NCBI GenBank assembly: GCA_965221695.1
Contig: OZ244905.1
Coordinates: 2,144,001 to 2,208,000 of the forward strand
Length of the DNA stretch: 64,000 nucleotides
Direction of reading: 5' to 3'
From: Gammaproteobacteria bacterium
GTDB lineage: Bacteria > Pseudomonadota > Gammaproteobacteria > Eutrophobiales > Eutrophobiaceae
The notes beneath the pieces were generated by a model, which saw only the letters and a list, made by a program, of their open reading frames with translations, was not told where the DNA came from and made no database searches. A program made the position numbers and the translations under genes. This document shows, in pieces, positions 19,803 through 30,998 of the stretch (the stretch's first letter is position 1; each line of letters starts with the position of its first letter).

Positions 19803-20980
19803 AACCGTTTTGCCTGTTGTTCCAGCGCATCCAGCAAGTGGTCAATCTGTTCGTCGTTGTGGGCGGCGCTCAGACTTATTCTCAAGCGCTCGGTGTTTTT
19901 TGCAACCGTTGGCGCCCTGATCGCGCTGACCCAGATTCCCTGCGCGCGCAAGCGCTCGCCACTGCTGACTGCGGCCTCGACGCTGCCGACGATCAGGCCT
20001 TGTATGGGTGTTTCTGAAGGAATGACCGGCAGGCCCAGTTGTCGCGCGCCGCGCTCGAAACGGGCAATCAGCGCGCGCAGTTTTTCCCGGCGCCAGGATT
20101 CCTGCGCGACGATGGCCAGGGATGTATTGATTGCGGCAGCTAAGGCGGGCGGCATTGCGGTCGTGTAAATATAGGGCCGGCCTGTTTGAATCAAGGTCTC
20201 AATCACGTCATCAGGGCCTGCCACGAACGCCCCCGATACCCCGCAGGCCTTGCCGAATGTGCCCATCAGCACGGGAACTAGCGCCTGATCCAGAGAATAA
20301 TGCTCTGGAGTGCCGCCGCCATTATTGCCCAGGACGCCGAAGCCGTGTGCATCATCCACGGCAAGCAATGCGTTGCTGCGCGCACAGAGCGCGGCCATTT
20401 CCGGCAATCGCGCAATACTGCCGTCCATGCTGAACACGCCGTCCGTGGCTACCAGGGCGCGCGCATTGGCGCACAACAGGCTTTCCAGTTGCGCCACGTC
20501 AAGATGCCGGTATCGGCGCAGACGCCCGCGGGCCAGTAATGCGCCATCGATCAATGATGCATGGTTTTCCCGGTCCATCACAATCGCATCCTCACGGCGT
20601 GCGGCAAACGCAGTGACCACCGCGAGATTGGCCAGGTATCCGCTGGAAAAAAGCACGACACGGGAACGCTCCAGTTGCTGCGCCAGCGTTTGTTCCAGTT
20701 GTTCATGTGCCTGGCTGTACCCGCAAAGCAGTTGTGAGGCGCCGCTGCCCACCCCGTAAACCTCCGCGGCGGCCCGGAGCGCTTGCACCACCCTGGCGTC
20801 ATTGGCCAGGCCGAGGTAGTCATTGCCGGAAAAATTGATATAGTCCCGCCCTTCTGTCCGGATCTGTGCGCCTTGTGCCGAGGTGACGGTTCGCCGGCGG
20901 CGGAAGCGGCCGGCGGCCCTGATGTTGTCCAGGCCTTTAGCGAAGGAAAACGGATCGGCCGGCAGGGTGTGGGACATCAC
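19793..20980 (-). CDS. bioF: 8-amino-7-oxononanoate synthase
   Basis: NFSGNDYLGL, NHASLIDG, VFSMDG, DDAHG, GTFGKA. Confidence 0.96.
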   Translation of the reverse strand: MMSHTLPADPFSFAKGLDNIRAAGRFRRRRTVTSAQGAQIRTEGRDYINFSGNDYLGLANDARVVQALRAAAEVYGVGSGASQLLCGYSQAHEQLEQTLAQQLERSRVVLFSSGYLANLAVVTAFAARREDAIVMDRENHASLIDGALLARGRLRRYRHLDVAQLESLLCANARALVATDGVFSMDGSIARLPEMAALCARSNALLAVDDAHGFGVLGNNGGGTPEHYSLDQALVPVLMGTFGKACGVSGAFVAGPDDVIETLIQTGRPYIYTTAMPPALAAAINTSLAIVAQESWRREKLRALIARFERGARQLGLPVIPSETPIQGLIVGSVEAAVSSGERLRAQGIWVSAIRAPTVAKNTERLRISLSAAHNDEQIDHLLDALEQQAKRLWQ

Positions 20981-20982
20981 TG

Positions 20983-21996
20983 CTAGTGCGCAGCCGCGTC
21001 TCCGGATGCTGCTTCCGTATCGGCAACCAGTCCTAGCCGATTAAACAGCGATTGATCCTTGGAAAACTGCGGGTTTTCGGTAGTCAGCAGCTTCTCTCCG
21101 TAGAAGATGGAGTTGGCGCCAGCGAAAAAACACAGCGCCTGGGTCGAGTCGGTCATCCCGGTTCGCCCCGCGGAGAGGCGCACATAGGCCCGCGGCATCA
21201 GGATGCGGGCGCACGCGATCGTCCTGACCAGCTCTATCGGGTCCGTATCTTCTTGTTCGGCCAGCGGCGTGCCGGCGACCTTGACCAGGGTGTTGATGGG
21301 CACGCTTTCCGGGTGTTGGGGCAGGTTCGCCAGGGTCTGCAGCATCGCCGCCCGGTCTTCGACCGCTTCGCCCATGCCAATTATGCCGCCACAGCAGACG
21401 TTAATGCCGGCGTCGCGCACCTGTTGCAGCGTGTCCAGCCGTTCCCGGTAGGTCCTGGTGCTGATGATTTTGGAGTAGAAACTCTCCGAGGTGTCGAGGT
21501 TGTGGTTATAGTAATCCAGGCCGGCTTGCTTCAGCCGCTCCGGCTGGCCGGGCTTGAGCATCCCCAAAGTAACACAGGTTTCCAATCCGAGCGCGCTGAC
21601 GCCGGAAATCATCTCGGCAACCCGGTCGATATCCTTGTCCTTCGGGCCGCGCCAGGCCGCGCCCATGCAAAATCGGCTTGCCCCGGAGGCCTTGGCGCGC
21701 CGCGCTTCCGCCAGCACCTGCTCGCAGGACATTAGCGCTTCACTGTCCACGCCGGTGTTATAGCGCACGCTTTGCGGGCAGTACGCGCAGTCTTCCGGGC
21801 AGCCGCCGCTCTTGATATTGACCAGCGTGCTTAGCTGTATGCAGTTGGGATCGAAACTGTGACGGTGAACCGCGTGCGCGCGGTGTAACAAATCATTCAA
21901 AGGCTGCCGGTAAAGCGCTAAAATCTCCGCCTGGCTCCAGTCATGTCTCGGGGTCGCAAAAGGAGCGCTCTTCAACGCTTTTTCATTAATGGACAT
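20983..21996 (-). CDS. bioB: Biotin synthase
   Basis: Radical [26 protein letters not shown] at 21996 preferred over the track start at 22032. Confidence 0.97.
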   Translation of the reverse strand: MSINEKALKSAPFATPRHDWSQAEILALYRQPLNDLLHRAHAVHRHSFDPNCIQLSTLVNIKSGGCPEDCAYCPQSVRYNTGVDSEALMSCEQVLAEARRAKASGASRFCMGAAWRGPKDKDIDRVAEMISGVSALGLETCVTLGMLKPGQPERLKQAGLDYYNHNLDTSESFYSKIISTRTYRERLDTLQQVRDAGINVCCGGIIGMGEAVEDRAAMLQTLANLPQHPESVPINTLVKVAGTPLAEQEDTDPIELVRTIACARILMPRAYVRLSAGRTGMTDSTQALCFFAGANSIFYGEKLLTTENPQFSKDQSLFNRLGLVADTEAASGDAAAH

Positions 21997-22025
21997 GGAT
22001 GAATATGTTATCGAATTGCCCCAAG

Positions 22026-22058
22026 TTGTCAACCCCAGCAGCTATTTTTAGCTGACTA
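22026..22058. promoter_or_regulatory. Probable BirA operator between bioB and comF
   Basis: TTGTCAACC-N15-AGCTGACTA resembles the TTGTAAACC-N14-16-GGTTTACAA bioO consensus. Overlaps a minus-strand TTGACA. The right arm is degenerate. Confidence 0.5.
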
Positions 22059-22080
22059 CTTTCCTGTGTAAACAAGCGGC

Positions 22081-22767
22081 ATGCTCATCAAGAACCAATG
22101 CATTCTTTGCGCCGCGCCGGCTGATTTGTCCGCCGGCCGGTTCTGTCGGGATTGTGTTACGGAATTACCGCGGCAGCCTGTGGGCGCTTGCCCAGGTTGC
22201 GGATGTCCGGCGGTCAGCGCCACCAATTGCATCCGTTGTTTCCCGCGCGCGCCGGCGTTCGATGCCTGCTTCTCCGGCTACCTTTACCGTTATCCCGTTG
22301 ACCAGATGATAAAAAACTTGAAGTATCAAGCCCGCTTGGAACTCGTTCATGCGTTGTCCGGGGCTTTGCTTAAAACTCTCGGGCGAGATCTGGCGGTGGT
22401 CCCCGACTGTCTGGCGCCGATGCCCATGCATCGCGCGCGCTTGCGCCGCCGCGGTTTTAATCAGGCGCGAGAGGTCGCGCGCGTGCTATCTGAATATATG
22501 TCCCTGCCTGTGGATGAGTGTCTGGCGCGCAGACACAAACCGACAGCATACCAGTATGAGTTGCGCCCTGAACAGCGCAAAAGAAATGTAAGAGGGGCAT
22601 TTTCTTTAATGAAAACAAATTGTTACAATAATATTGCTATTGTCGACGACATCCTGACAACGGGCGCTTCCGCGCACGAACTGGCGGGCCTGCTTAAACG
22701 CCACGGCGCGCGGCACGTTCAGGTTTGGTGTCTGGCGCGGGCTGCGCCGGTCTCTCTGGGTAACTGA
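22081..22767 (+). CDS. comF: ComF family phosphoribosyltransferase-like competence protein
   Basis: N-terminal CxxC repeats, RGFNQA, VDDILTTGAS; divergent from bioB. Confidence 0.93.
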   Translation: MLIKNQCILCAAPADLSAGRFCRDCVTELPRQPVGACPGCGCPAVSATNCIRCFPRAPAFDACFSGYLYRYPVDQMIKNLKYQARLELVHALSGALLKTLGRDLAVVPDCLAPMPMHRARLRRRGFNQAREVARVLSEYMSLPVDECLARRHKPTAYQYELRPEQRKRNVRGAFSLMKTNCYNNIAIVDDILTTGASAHELAGLLKRHGARHVQVWCLARAAPVSLGN

Positions 22768-22797
22768 GTCAGGGTGGCCTCACCCGCCACCAGTTCT

Positions 22798-25212
<2,415 letters not shown>

Positions 25213-25424
25213 TTATCAGAAAAGACCCATTTTATCATGAAGCCTTTGTTCACCGCAATATATCCAGGCATCTCTCTTAACTAACTGGCTGTTCTGTCCC
25301 GGACGTTTGTCGCTAACGGAAAAATGATTGGCGTCAATGGGTTATGCTGATATTTCTCCTTTATCGTCCCTTCGCGCAGAGGCGGCGCTGTGCGTTCTTC
25401 GTTTGCGCCAGCGCAATATTCAGG

Positions 25425-26483
25425 TTAAACGAACTGCCCTTGTTCCACGTGAAACATTTTTGCTGGCAAGTCTTCGACTGAAGGGAAATTTCCCGCAGTT
25501 GTTATAAAAACTTGTCCTCCCTGCCCGGCCAAAGCTTGAATGATGCGCTGTTGTCCGGCATTGTCCAGTTCCGCAGGCAAGTCGTCCAACAAAATAATAG
25601 GAGAACGGTCTGTTCTGTTTCTGAACACGCTGTCCAAAGCCAGCGAAATGGCCACGATACATAGCTTGATCTGTCCGCGCGAATAAAATTGTCCGATTTC
25701 TCTGCCGTCCTGACAAACAGTAATATCGCTCCTATGCAGCCCATAGCGGGTCACGCCTTTCTCCATATCCGCCCGTCGCTGGGCCGCCAGAAAGCGATCC
25801 AGGTCAACATCTGCTTGCCAACCACAATTGTACTCAATTGTCATCGGTGGTATTCGGAGCCGTTCTATCACCGAATCCAGCGCATCACACAACTCGTTTA
25901 TGAATATTCGCCGCTGTTCAGTCATCGCTTTTGCTGCCTGCCACATCGCATGTTCCCATGCGCCGAGTTGATCGGCTTTGTTTTTTCTAAGTAAGCTATT
26001 GCGACTCTTCAATGCCTTGTGGTAATCCCTCCAGGTCTCAATATATCGTGGTTTCACGTGAAACATTGACCAATCCAGCCAGCGTCTGCGAAAGACTGGG
26101 CTTCCTGAAACAAGCCGTTGGCTTTCGGGCGTGACTGTGATAACCGGAATTAACGCTGCCTGATCCGAAACTTTTCGCACTGTTCGATTGTTATAGCGGA
26201 TATTCAACGCTGACCGGCTGCGTTCTACGCCGGACACCACTAGTGACCGATCGGGCAGGCGCATTCCGGCGCTGATTTGCAATTCTTTTTGATGATAGCG
26301 GATAACGCTTTGGATCACTGCCGTGCGGAATGACCGGCATCGCCCCAAAATATGGATGGCTTCCAACAGCGCCGTTTTCCCGCTGCCGTTGGGTCCGCAA
26401 ATCACATTCAGAACCGGGCCCGGTTCAATTCTCTGCTCGATTAGATTGCGAACGTTTCTGACTTGCAGCCATTCAATACGCAA
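25425..26483 (-). CDS. recF: DNA replication/repair protein RecF
   Basis: GPNGSGKT, SRGQIK, LLDDLPAELD; lies between dnaN and gyrB. Confidence 0.96.
   Translation of the reverse strand: MRIEWLQVRNVRNLIEQRIEPGPVLNVICGPNGSGKTALLEAIHILGRCRSFRTAVIQSVIRYHQKELQISAGMRLPDRSLVVSGVERSRSALNIRYNNRTVRKVSDQAALIPVITVTPESQRLVSGSPVFRRRWLDWSMFHVKPRYIETWRDYHKALKSRNSLLRKNKADQLGAWEHAMWQAAKAMTEQRRIFINELCDALDSVIERLRIPPMTIEYNCGWQADVDLDRFLAAQRRADMEKGVTRYGLHRSDITVCQDGREIGQFYSRGQIKLCIVAISLALDSVFRNRTDRSPIILLDDLPAELDNAGQQRIIQALAGQGGQVFITTAGNFPSVEDLPAKMFHVEQGQFV
25441..25456. promoter_or_regulatory. parS centromere site (within recF 3' end)
   Basis: TGTTCCACGTGAAACA matches the parS consensus TGTTNCACGTGAAACA. Confidence 0.85.
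26050..26065. promoter_or_regulatory. parS centromere site (within recF)
   Basis: GGTTTCACGTGAAACA, one mismatch to TGTTTCACGTGAAACA. Confidence 0.8.
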
Positions 26484-26500
26484 AGGATTTGATCTGGCGC

Positions 26501-27601
26501 CTACAGCAACAGCGGCATGACGATGTACTTACACTCCTCCTCTTTCTCAGGCAGGAGCAGACAGCCGCTCTTCGGGGACGAAACAGAAAGCCTTACCTTG
26601 TCTGATTCAATGTTGCTGACAGCATCAAGCAGATAACTTACATTAAACCCGACTTCTATGTTTTCTCCTGAATATTCCACATCGATCTCATCTTCCGCCT
26701 GCTCCTGTTCCGGATTGTGCAGCAATGACCTGAGTTTGCCCTGCTCCAATACGATTTTTACTCCGCGGTATTTTTCACTGGAGAGGATTGACGCCCTGCT
26801 GAGACTTCTTTTCAGCGTCTCCCTTTGCGCTACAACGGGCGTTACTGACAACTCCGGAATAACCCTGTTGTAGTCCGGGTATTTGCCATCAATCAGTTTG
26901 CTGGTAAAGATCAGTTCATCCAAGACAATCTGAATGTGGCTTTTACTCATGATGACTTCCATGTCCGTTTCTTTTTCCTCTACCAGTCGCACCAACTCTT
27001 GCACGCCTTTTCTTGGAATGATCAGTTGTTTCTGCTCTGCTGCAGGGATTGTTGCGCTGACATTGCACAGGGCCAGTCTATGTCCGTCTGTGGCCACTGC
27101 CCGCAAGCTGCCCTGTTGCGTTTCCAGTAAAACGCCGTTCAGGTAATAACGCACGTCTTGTTTTGCCATGGCAAAGGCCGTTCTGTCCAGCAAAGACTTG
27201 AACTGTTTCTGTGAAATGGTGAACCTGATATCCTCTTCGCCAGGGTTAACCAAAGGAAACTCCTGCGCCGGCAATGATAACAGCGAGAAGCGGCTTCTTC
27301 CCGAGGAAACAGTGATTCGTTCGTCCTCTGAGGATATCGTGAGTTCAGCCCCTTCTGGCAGGCTTCGACAAATATCCAGCGCTTTGCGCGCAGGGAGGGT
27401 AATTTCTCCTGTTTGCCCAAAATCTCCTGCTATAGACTCGGTGAGCTGAACTTCCATATCTGTTGTTGTCAAACGCAACTGTTGAGGGGAAACATTCAAC
27501 AAGACATTAGCAAGGATCGCCAGAGAAGGCCGATTTTCCACGACCCCATTGAGGTCATTCAACACAGGCAGAAAAACATCTCTATTAATAGTAAGATTCA
27601 T
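26501..27601 (-). CDS. dnaN: DNA polymerase III beta clamp
   Basis: QDVRYYLNG, ATDGHRLA, SKLIDGKYPDY, GFNVSYLLD, YIVMPL. Confidence 0.98.
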   Translation of the reverse strand: MNLTINRDVFLPVLNDLNGVVENRPSLAILANVLLNVSPQQLRLTTTDMEVQLTESIAGDFGQTGEITLPARKALDICRSLPEGAELTISSEDERITVSSGRSRFSLLSLPAQEFPLVNPGEEDIRFTISQKQFKSLLDRTAFAMAKQDVRYYLNGVLLETQQGSLRAVATDGHRLALCNVSATIPAAEQKQLIIPRKGVQELVRLVEEKETDMEVIMSKSHIQIVLDELIFTSKLIDGKYPDYNRVIPELSVTPVVAQRETLKRSLSRASILSSEKYRGVKIVLEQGKLRSLLHNPEQEQAEDEIDVEYSGENIEVGFNVSYLLDAVSNIESDKVRLSVSSPKSGCLLLPEKEEECKYIVMPLLL

Positions 27602-27960
27602 TATATATGATAGTTTTTATAGAGCGGCGCCGAATCCGGCATAAAATAAAAAACCATTTAAAATCAAAAAGATAAATCATTTATTGAGTAGAACTGCATA
27701 GCAGATTCCCGTTTAATTCCCTGTTGATAACCTGTACCCACAAAATAGAGACTATATTTCATACAAATTGTTCACAGCTTGCTCTACCGGTACATAACAA
27801 TCAATTCTATGTCCAGAAAAGAAGCTTCAGTATAGCATAATATGCGGTTTCTGATGGATTTCAAAACGGTAGGCGGAAAAGAGAAGTATAAAAAAAATAA
27901 TACAGGAAGGTGACACGAAATTTGAGGACGCTATAATGTCAACCAATGTGATCGTTCAAA
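27602..27960. other. Probable replication origin (oriC)
   Basis: AT-rich non-coding region upstream of dnaN. DnaA-box-like 9-mers: TGTTGATAA 27722-27730, GTACCCACA 27734-27742, TTGTTCACA 27768-27776. Gene strand bias switches here; parS sites within about 2.3 kb. Confidence 0.6.
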
Positions 27961-27978
27961 AAACCGGGGCAGAGAAGT

Positions 27979-30462
27979 ATGTGTAACAAAAACAGCGAAA
28001 ACAGATGGTTGCCGGTCGCATTCATTGTTGCGATGCTCACAAACGTGACAGTAGCGGCAGCACAGGAGCGGGAATACTTGGAAGAGGTTATCGTTACCGC
28101 GCAGAAACGGGCCCAGAACATACAGGAAATCCCGGTCGCGGTCACCGCCCTGTCCGGCGAACATCTGGTTGAACATGGCATCACAGACATGTTTGACTTG
28201 CAACAGACTGCGCCAGGACTCATCGTCGACCAGAGCCAAACCGCCACCACAGCGAACTTTTCCCTGCGCGGCATCGGCACCAGCTCCCAGAACTTTGGCT
28301 TAGAGCCGTCGGTTGGCCTGTACGTAGACGGAGTCTACAGGGCGCGCCAGAGTTCTCTCATCAATGAACTCGTCGATGTGGAACAAGTGGAAGTGTTGCG
28401 CGGCCCACAGGGAACCTTGTTTGGCCGCAACTCGTCCGCAGGCGCGGTATTGCTGAACACGGTGGCTCCCTCACACGAGACGGATAGTTACCTGGAACTG
28501 AGTTACGGTAACCTTGATCTGTTCAGCGCCAACGGCGCCTTCGGCGGTTCCCTGGTGGAGGGTGTGCTGGCGGCCCGGGTGACGGGCTTCATGACCAGTC
28601 GAGATGGATTTGTCGATGCGCTCGGTGAGGGCGATAACCTGCTCAATGACCGAGATCGATACGGCGGGCGGGCGCAACTGCTGTACACGCCGACAGCAGA
28701 CCTGTCTCTGCGCGTGATCCTGGACTATGCCGAGATCGACGAAGTGTGCTGTGCCGCAGCCACATACCTGAGCAATTATTTCTCGTTTGACGGTCGTCCG
28801 GGTTCAGATGCCCTGTTGGCCGGCCTGGGCGTTCCGTTGGTGAATGATGATGAATTCAACGACTATGTTGTGCGCATGAACCAGTTGCCGGAATCAAAAA
28901 ATGAGGACAGTGGTATATCGGTGGAACTGAATTGGGACCTGGGTGCAGCAGACACGCTTACCGCGATCAGCGCCTACCGAACGTTCAACACGACAGATGA
29001 TGCTGATGTGGATTTCAATGCTGCTGATATTGCTATCCGAGTCAACCGCGGAGAGTCCGAAGTGTTCACCCAGGAGCTGCGTCTAGCCGGCAGTCGAGGA
29101 CGTGTCGATTACCTGGCCGGCGCCTATTATTTCAACCAGAACCTGAACAGTTGGACAGCCACCGCGCTCGGCGCGGATTTTGAAGCGTTTGTCGTCAACG
29201 GCAACCCGGATCTTGGCGCGGTGATCAATGGAGTCAACCTGGTTTCCGCGCTGACCGGCGGATTGATCCCTCGGCCCGGGCCGGCTGTCCCGCCCGGCGG
29301 CAGAGCCTTAGATGTTATGTTGCAGGATCATGAAGCCTGGGCCTTGTTCGGCCAGGTTGAATACCAATTGCTGGAGCAGTGGCGTCTCTCGGCCGGATTG
29401 CGCTACACCGATGAGAAAAAAAAGCTGAACGGATCTTTTTATCAGGATACCACCGCCCCCCCACCGGATTTCGCCGCGATAGGCGCGAACCTTGTCCTGG
29501 CAACCCAGGGCCTGGCTCCCCTGAACCCGGCGCTACTGGCGCAACTTGCCTACCCGGGATGGGGATTTTATCTGCAGCCCGTGTTTGCGCCTCGCCCGAA
29601 TGTGGATGAAACGCTTAAGGACGATCAGATCACCTGGAACGCCAGGCTTAGTTGGACCCCGAGCGATGACATGTTGCTGTATGCCGGGTACGCTACCGGC
29701 TTCAAGTCGGGCGGCGCCAATACTGACCGTATCCCGGCCGCGTTCAGCCAGGTGTTCGGCGCCGAGAAGTCAGACTCGTTCGAAGCGGGCATGAAATTGC
29801 TCTTCCCGGCGCAGAGTCTGCGCGTGAACCTGGCGCTGCATTACACGACTGTTGATGATTTCCAGAGCAATGCATTCACCGGAACCGGTTTCAACCTGCG
29901 CAACGCGGGAAAAGTGGAGGCCAGGGGCGGCGAACTGGAGATCGCCTGGGCGCCGCTGGAGGGCTTGGCAATCAGCGGGGCGTATGTCTACAACGACACC
30001 GAATTTAAAGACTTTGAGCAGGCCAATTGCTGGGTGGCGACCCCGTTCCAAACCGGCATGCCGGATCCGGGTCAGCGCAACCCGACCGATCGATTTTGCG
30101 ATCGTTCGGGCGATCGGACACAGTCCAACCCGACGCATACCGTGTTGCTGTCCGCGACCCTGTCCCGTTCCATCAGTGACAGCCTGAGCGGCTATGTCCA
30201 TGCGGACTACAACCACCGGAGCAGCATCTTCATGGACGCAAACATCGATCCCCTGAAACGCCAGGGCGGATTCGGACTGCTCAACGCCCGCGCCGGACTG
30301 GTATTGGAAGCTCTTGATCTCGATGTTTCTGTGTGGGCGCGCAACCTGCTGGATGAGAATTACCACGGCGCGGTCTTTGATGTGCCACTACAGGACGGAA
30401 AACTCGCCGCATACCTGCGCGAGACGCGCACCTACGGAGTCACCCTGCGCAAACAATTTTGA
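27979..30462 (+). CDS. TonB-dependent receptor
   Basis: Signal peptide, EEVIVTAQKR, VEVLRGPQGTLFGRN plug motif, C-terminal Phe. Confidence 0.93.
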   Translation: MCNKNSENRWLPVAFIVAMLTNVTVAAAQEREYLEEVIVTAQKRAQNIQEIPVAVTALSGEHLVEHGITDMFDLQQTAPGLIVDQSQTATTANFSLRGIGTSSQNFGLEPSVGLYVDGVYRARQSSLINELVDVEQVEVLRGPQGTLFGRNSSAGAVLLNTVAPSHETDSYLELSYGNLDLFSANGAFGGSLVEGVLAARVTGFMTSRDGFVDALGEGDNLLNDRDRYGGRAQLLYTPTADLSLRVILDYAEIDEVCCAAATYLSNYFSFDGRPGSDALLAGLGVPLVNDDEFNDYVVRMNQLPESKNEDSGISVELNWDLGAADTLTAISAYRTFNTTDDADVDFNAADIAIRVNRGESEVFTQELRLAGSRGRVDYLAGAYYFNQNLNSWTATALGADFEAFVVNGNPDLGAVINGVNLVSALTGGLIPRPGPAVPPGGRALDVMLQDHEAWALFGQVEYQLLEQWRLSAGLRYTDEKKKLNGSFYQDTTAPPPDFAAIGANLVLATQGLAPLNPALLAQLAYPGWGFYLQPVFAPRPNVDETLKDDQITWNARLSWTPSDDMLLYAGYATGFKSGGANTDRIPAAFSQVFGAEKSDSFEAGMKLLFPAQSLRVNLALHYTTVDDFQSNAFTGTGFNLRNAGKVEARGGELEIAWAPLEGLAISGAYVYNDTEFKDFEQANCWVATPFQTGMPDPGQRNPTDRFCDRSGDRTQSNPTHTVLLSATLSRSISDSLSGYVHADYNHRSSIFMDANIDPLKRQGGFGLLNARAGLVLEALDLDVSVWARNLLDENYHGAVFDVPLQDGKLAAYLRETRTYGVTLRKQF

Positions 30463-30584
30463 CAAAATTGTGAGTTTTCTCACATTTTTGCTGATTTTTT
30501 TCTTGCCAGTCAGCGCGGCGCTGATACACTTTTCTATGTGGTCCAGGATCACGGAATTCAATACTCAAACATTTGGAGACCATT

Positions 30585-30857
30585 ATGAAAACGTTAAAAT
30601 ATCTCGCCTTTTCCCTGCTGTTCTGCTTTTCTCTTACCCTGTTTGCCGGCGACGCAGTCGACCTTAACGGGGCCGACAAGGAAACGCTGATGGGCCTGAA
30701 CGGTATTGGTGAGGCGTTCGCGCAAAGGATTATAGAATACCGGGAAGAAAACGGCGGCTTCAAATCCGTGCAGGAACTGACAAACATCAGGGGCATCGGA
30801 CAGACCCTTCTGGAGAAAAACAGAGACCTGCTGACGGTGGGAGACGCTACCAAATAA
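30585..30857 (+). CDS. comEA: ComEA-like helix-hairpin-helix DNA-binding protein
   Basis: Signal peptide, VDLNGAD, LNGIGE..AQRIIEYRE.NGGF, IRGIG; RBS GGAG before ATG 30585. Confidence 0.9.
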   Translation: MKTLKYLAFSLLFCFSLTLFAGDAVDLNGADKETLMGLNGIGEAFAQRIIEYREENGGFKSVQELTNIRGIGQTLLEKNRDLLTVGDATK

Positions 30858-30865
30858 CATAACGC

Positions 30866-30926
30866 GTAGGCGGGACGGATTCTGCGCGTCTCCCCAGGGA
30901 TCAAAAGTCGCGTTCCGTCCCGTTAC
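30866..30926. repeat. REP-like inverted repeat
   Basis: GTAGGCGGGACGGA ... TCCGTCCCGTTAC, with a GTAG-initiated arm. Only one copy seen in this window. Confidence 0.35.
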
Positions 30927-30998
30927 ATCTTTCAGGCTTGTCCATCACCGCCTCGGCGCTGTATGCTTTGCCGCCTGATGCAAGCAAAAACAGACGTG

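Noticed and set aside
27602-27978. dnaA pseudogene remnant
   Set aside because: No ORF or DnaA-like peptide motif is visible; the region is short and AT-rich.
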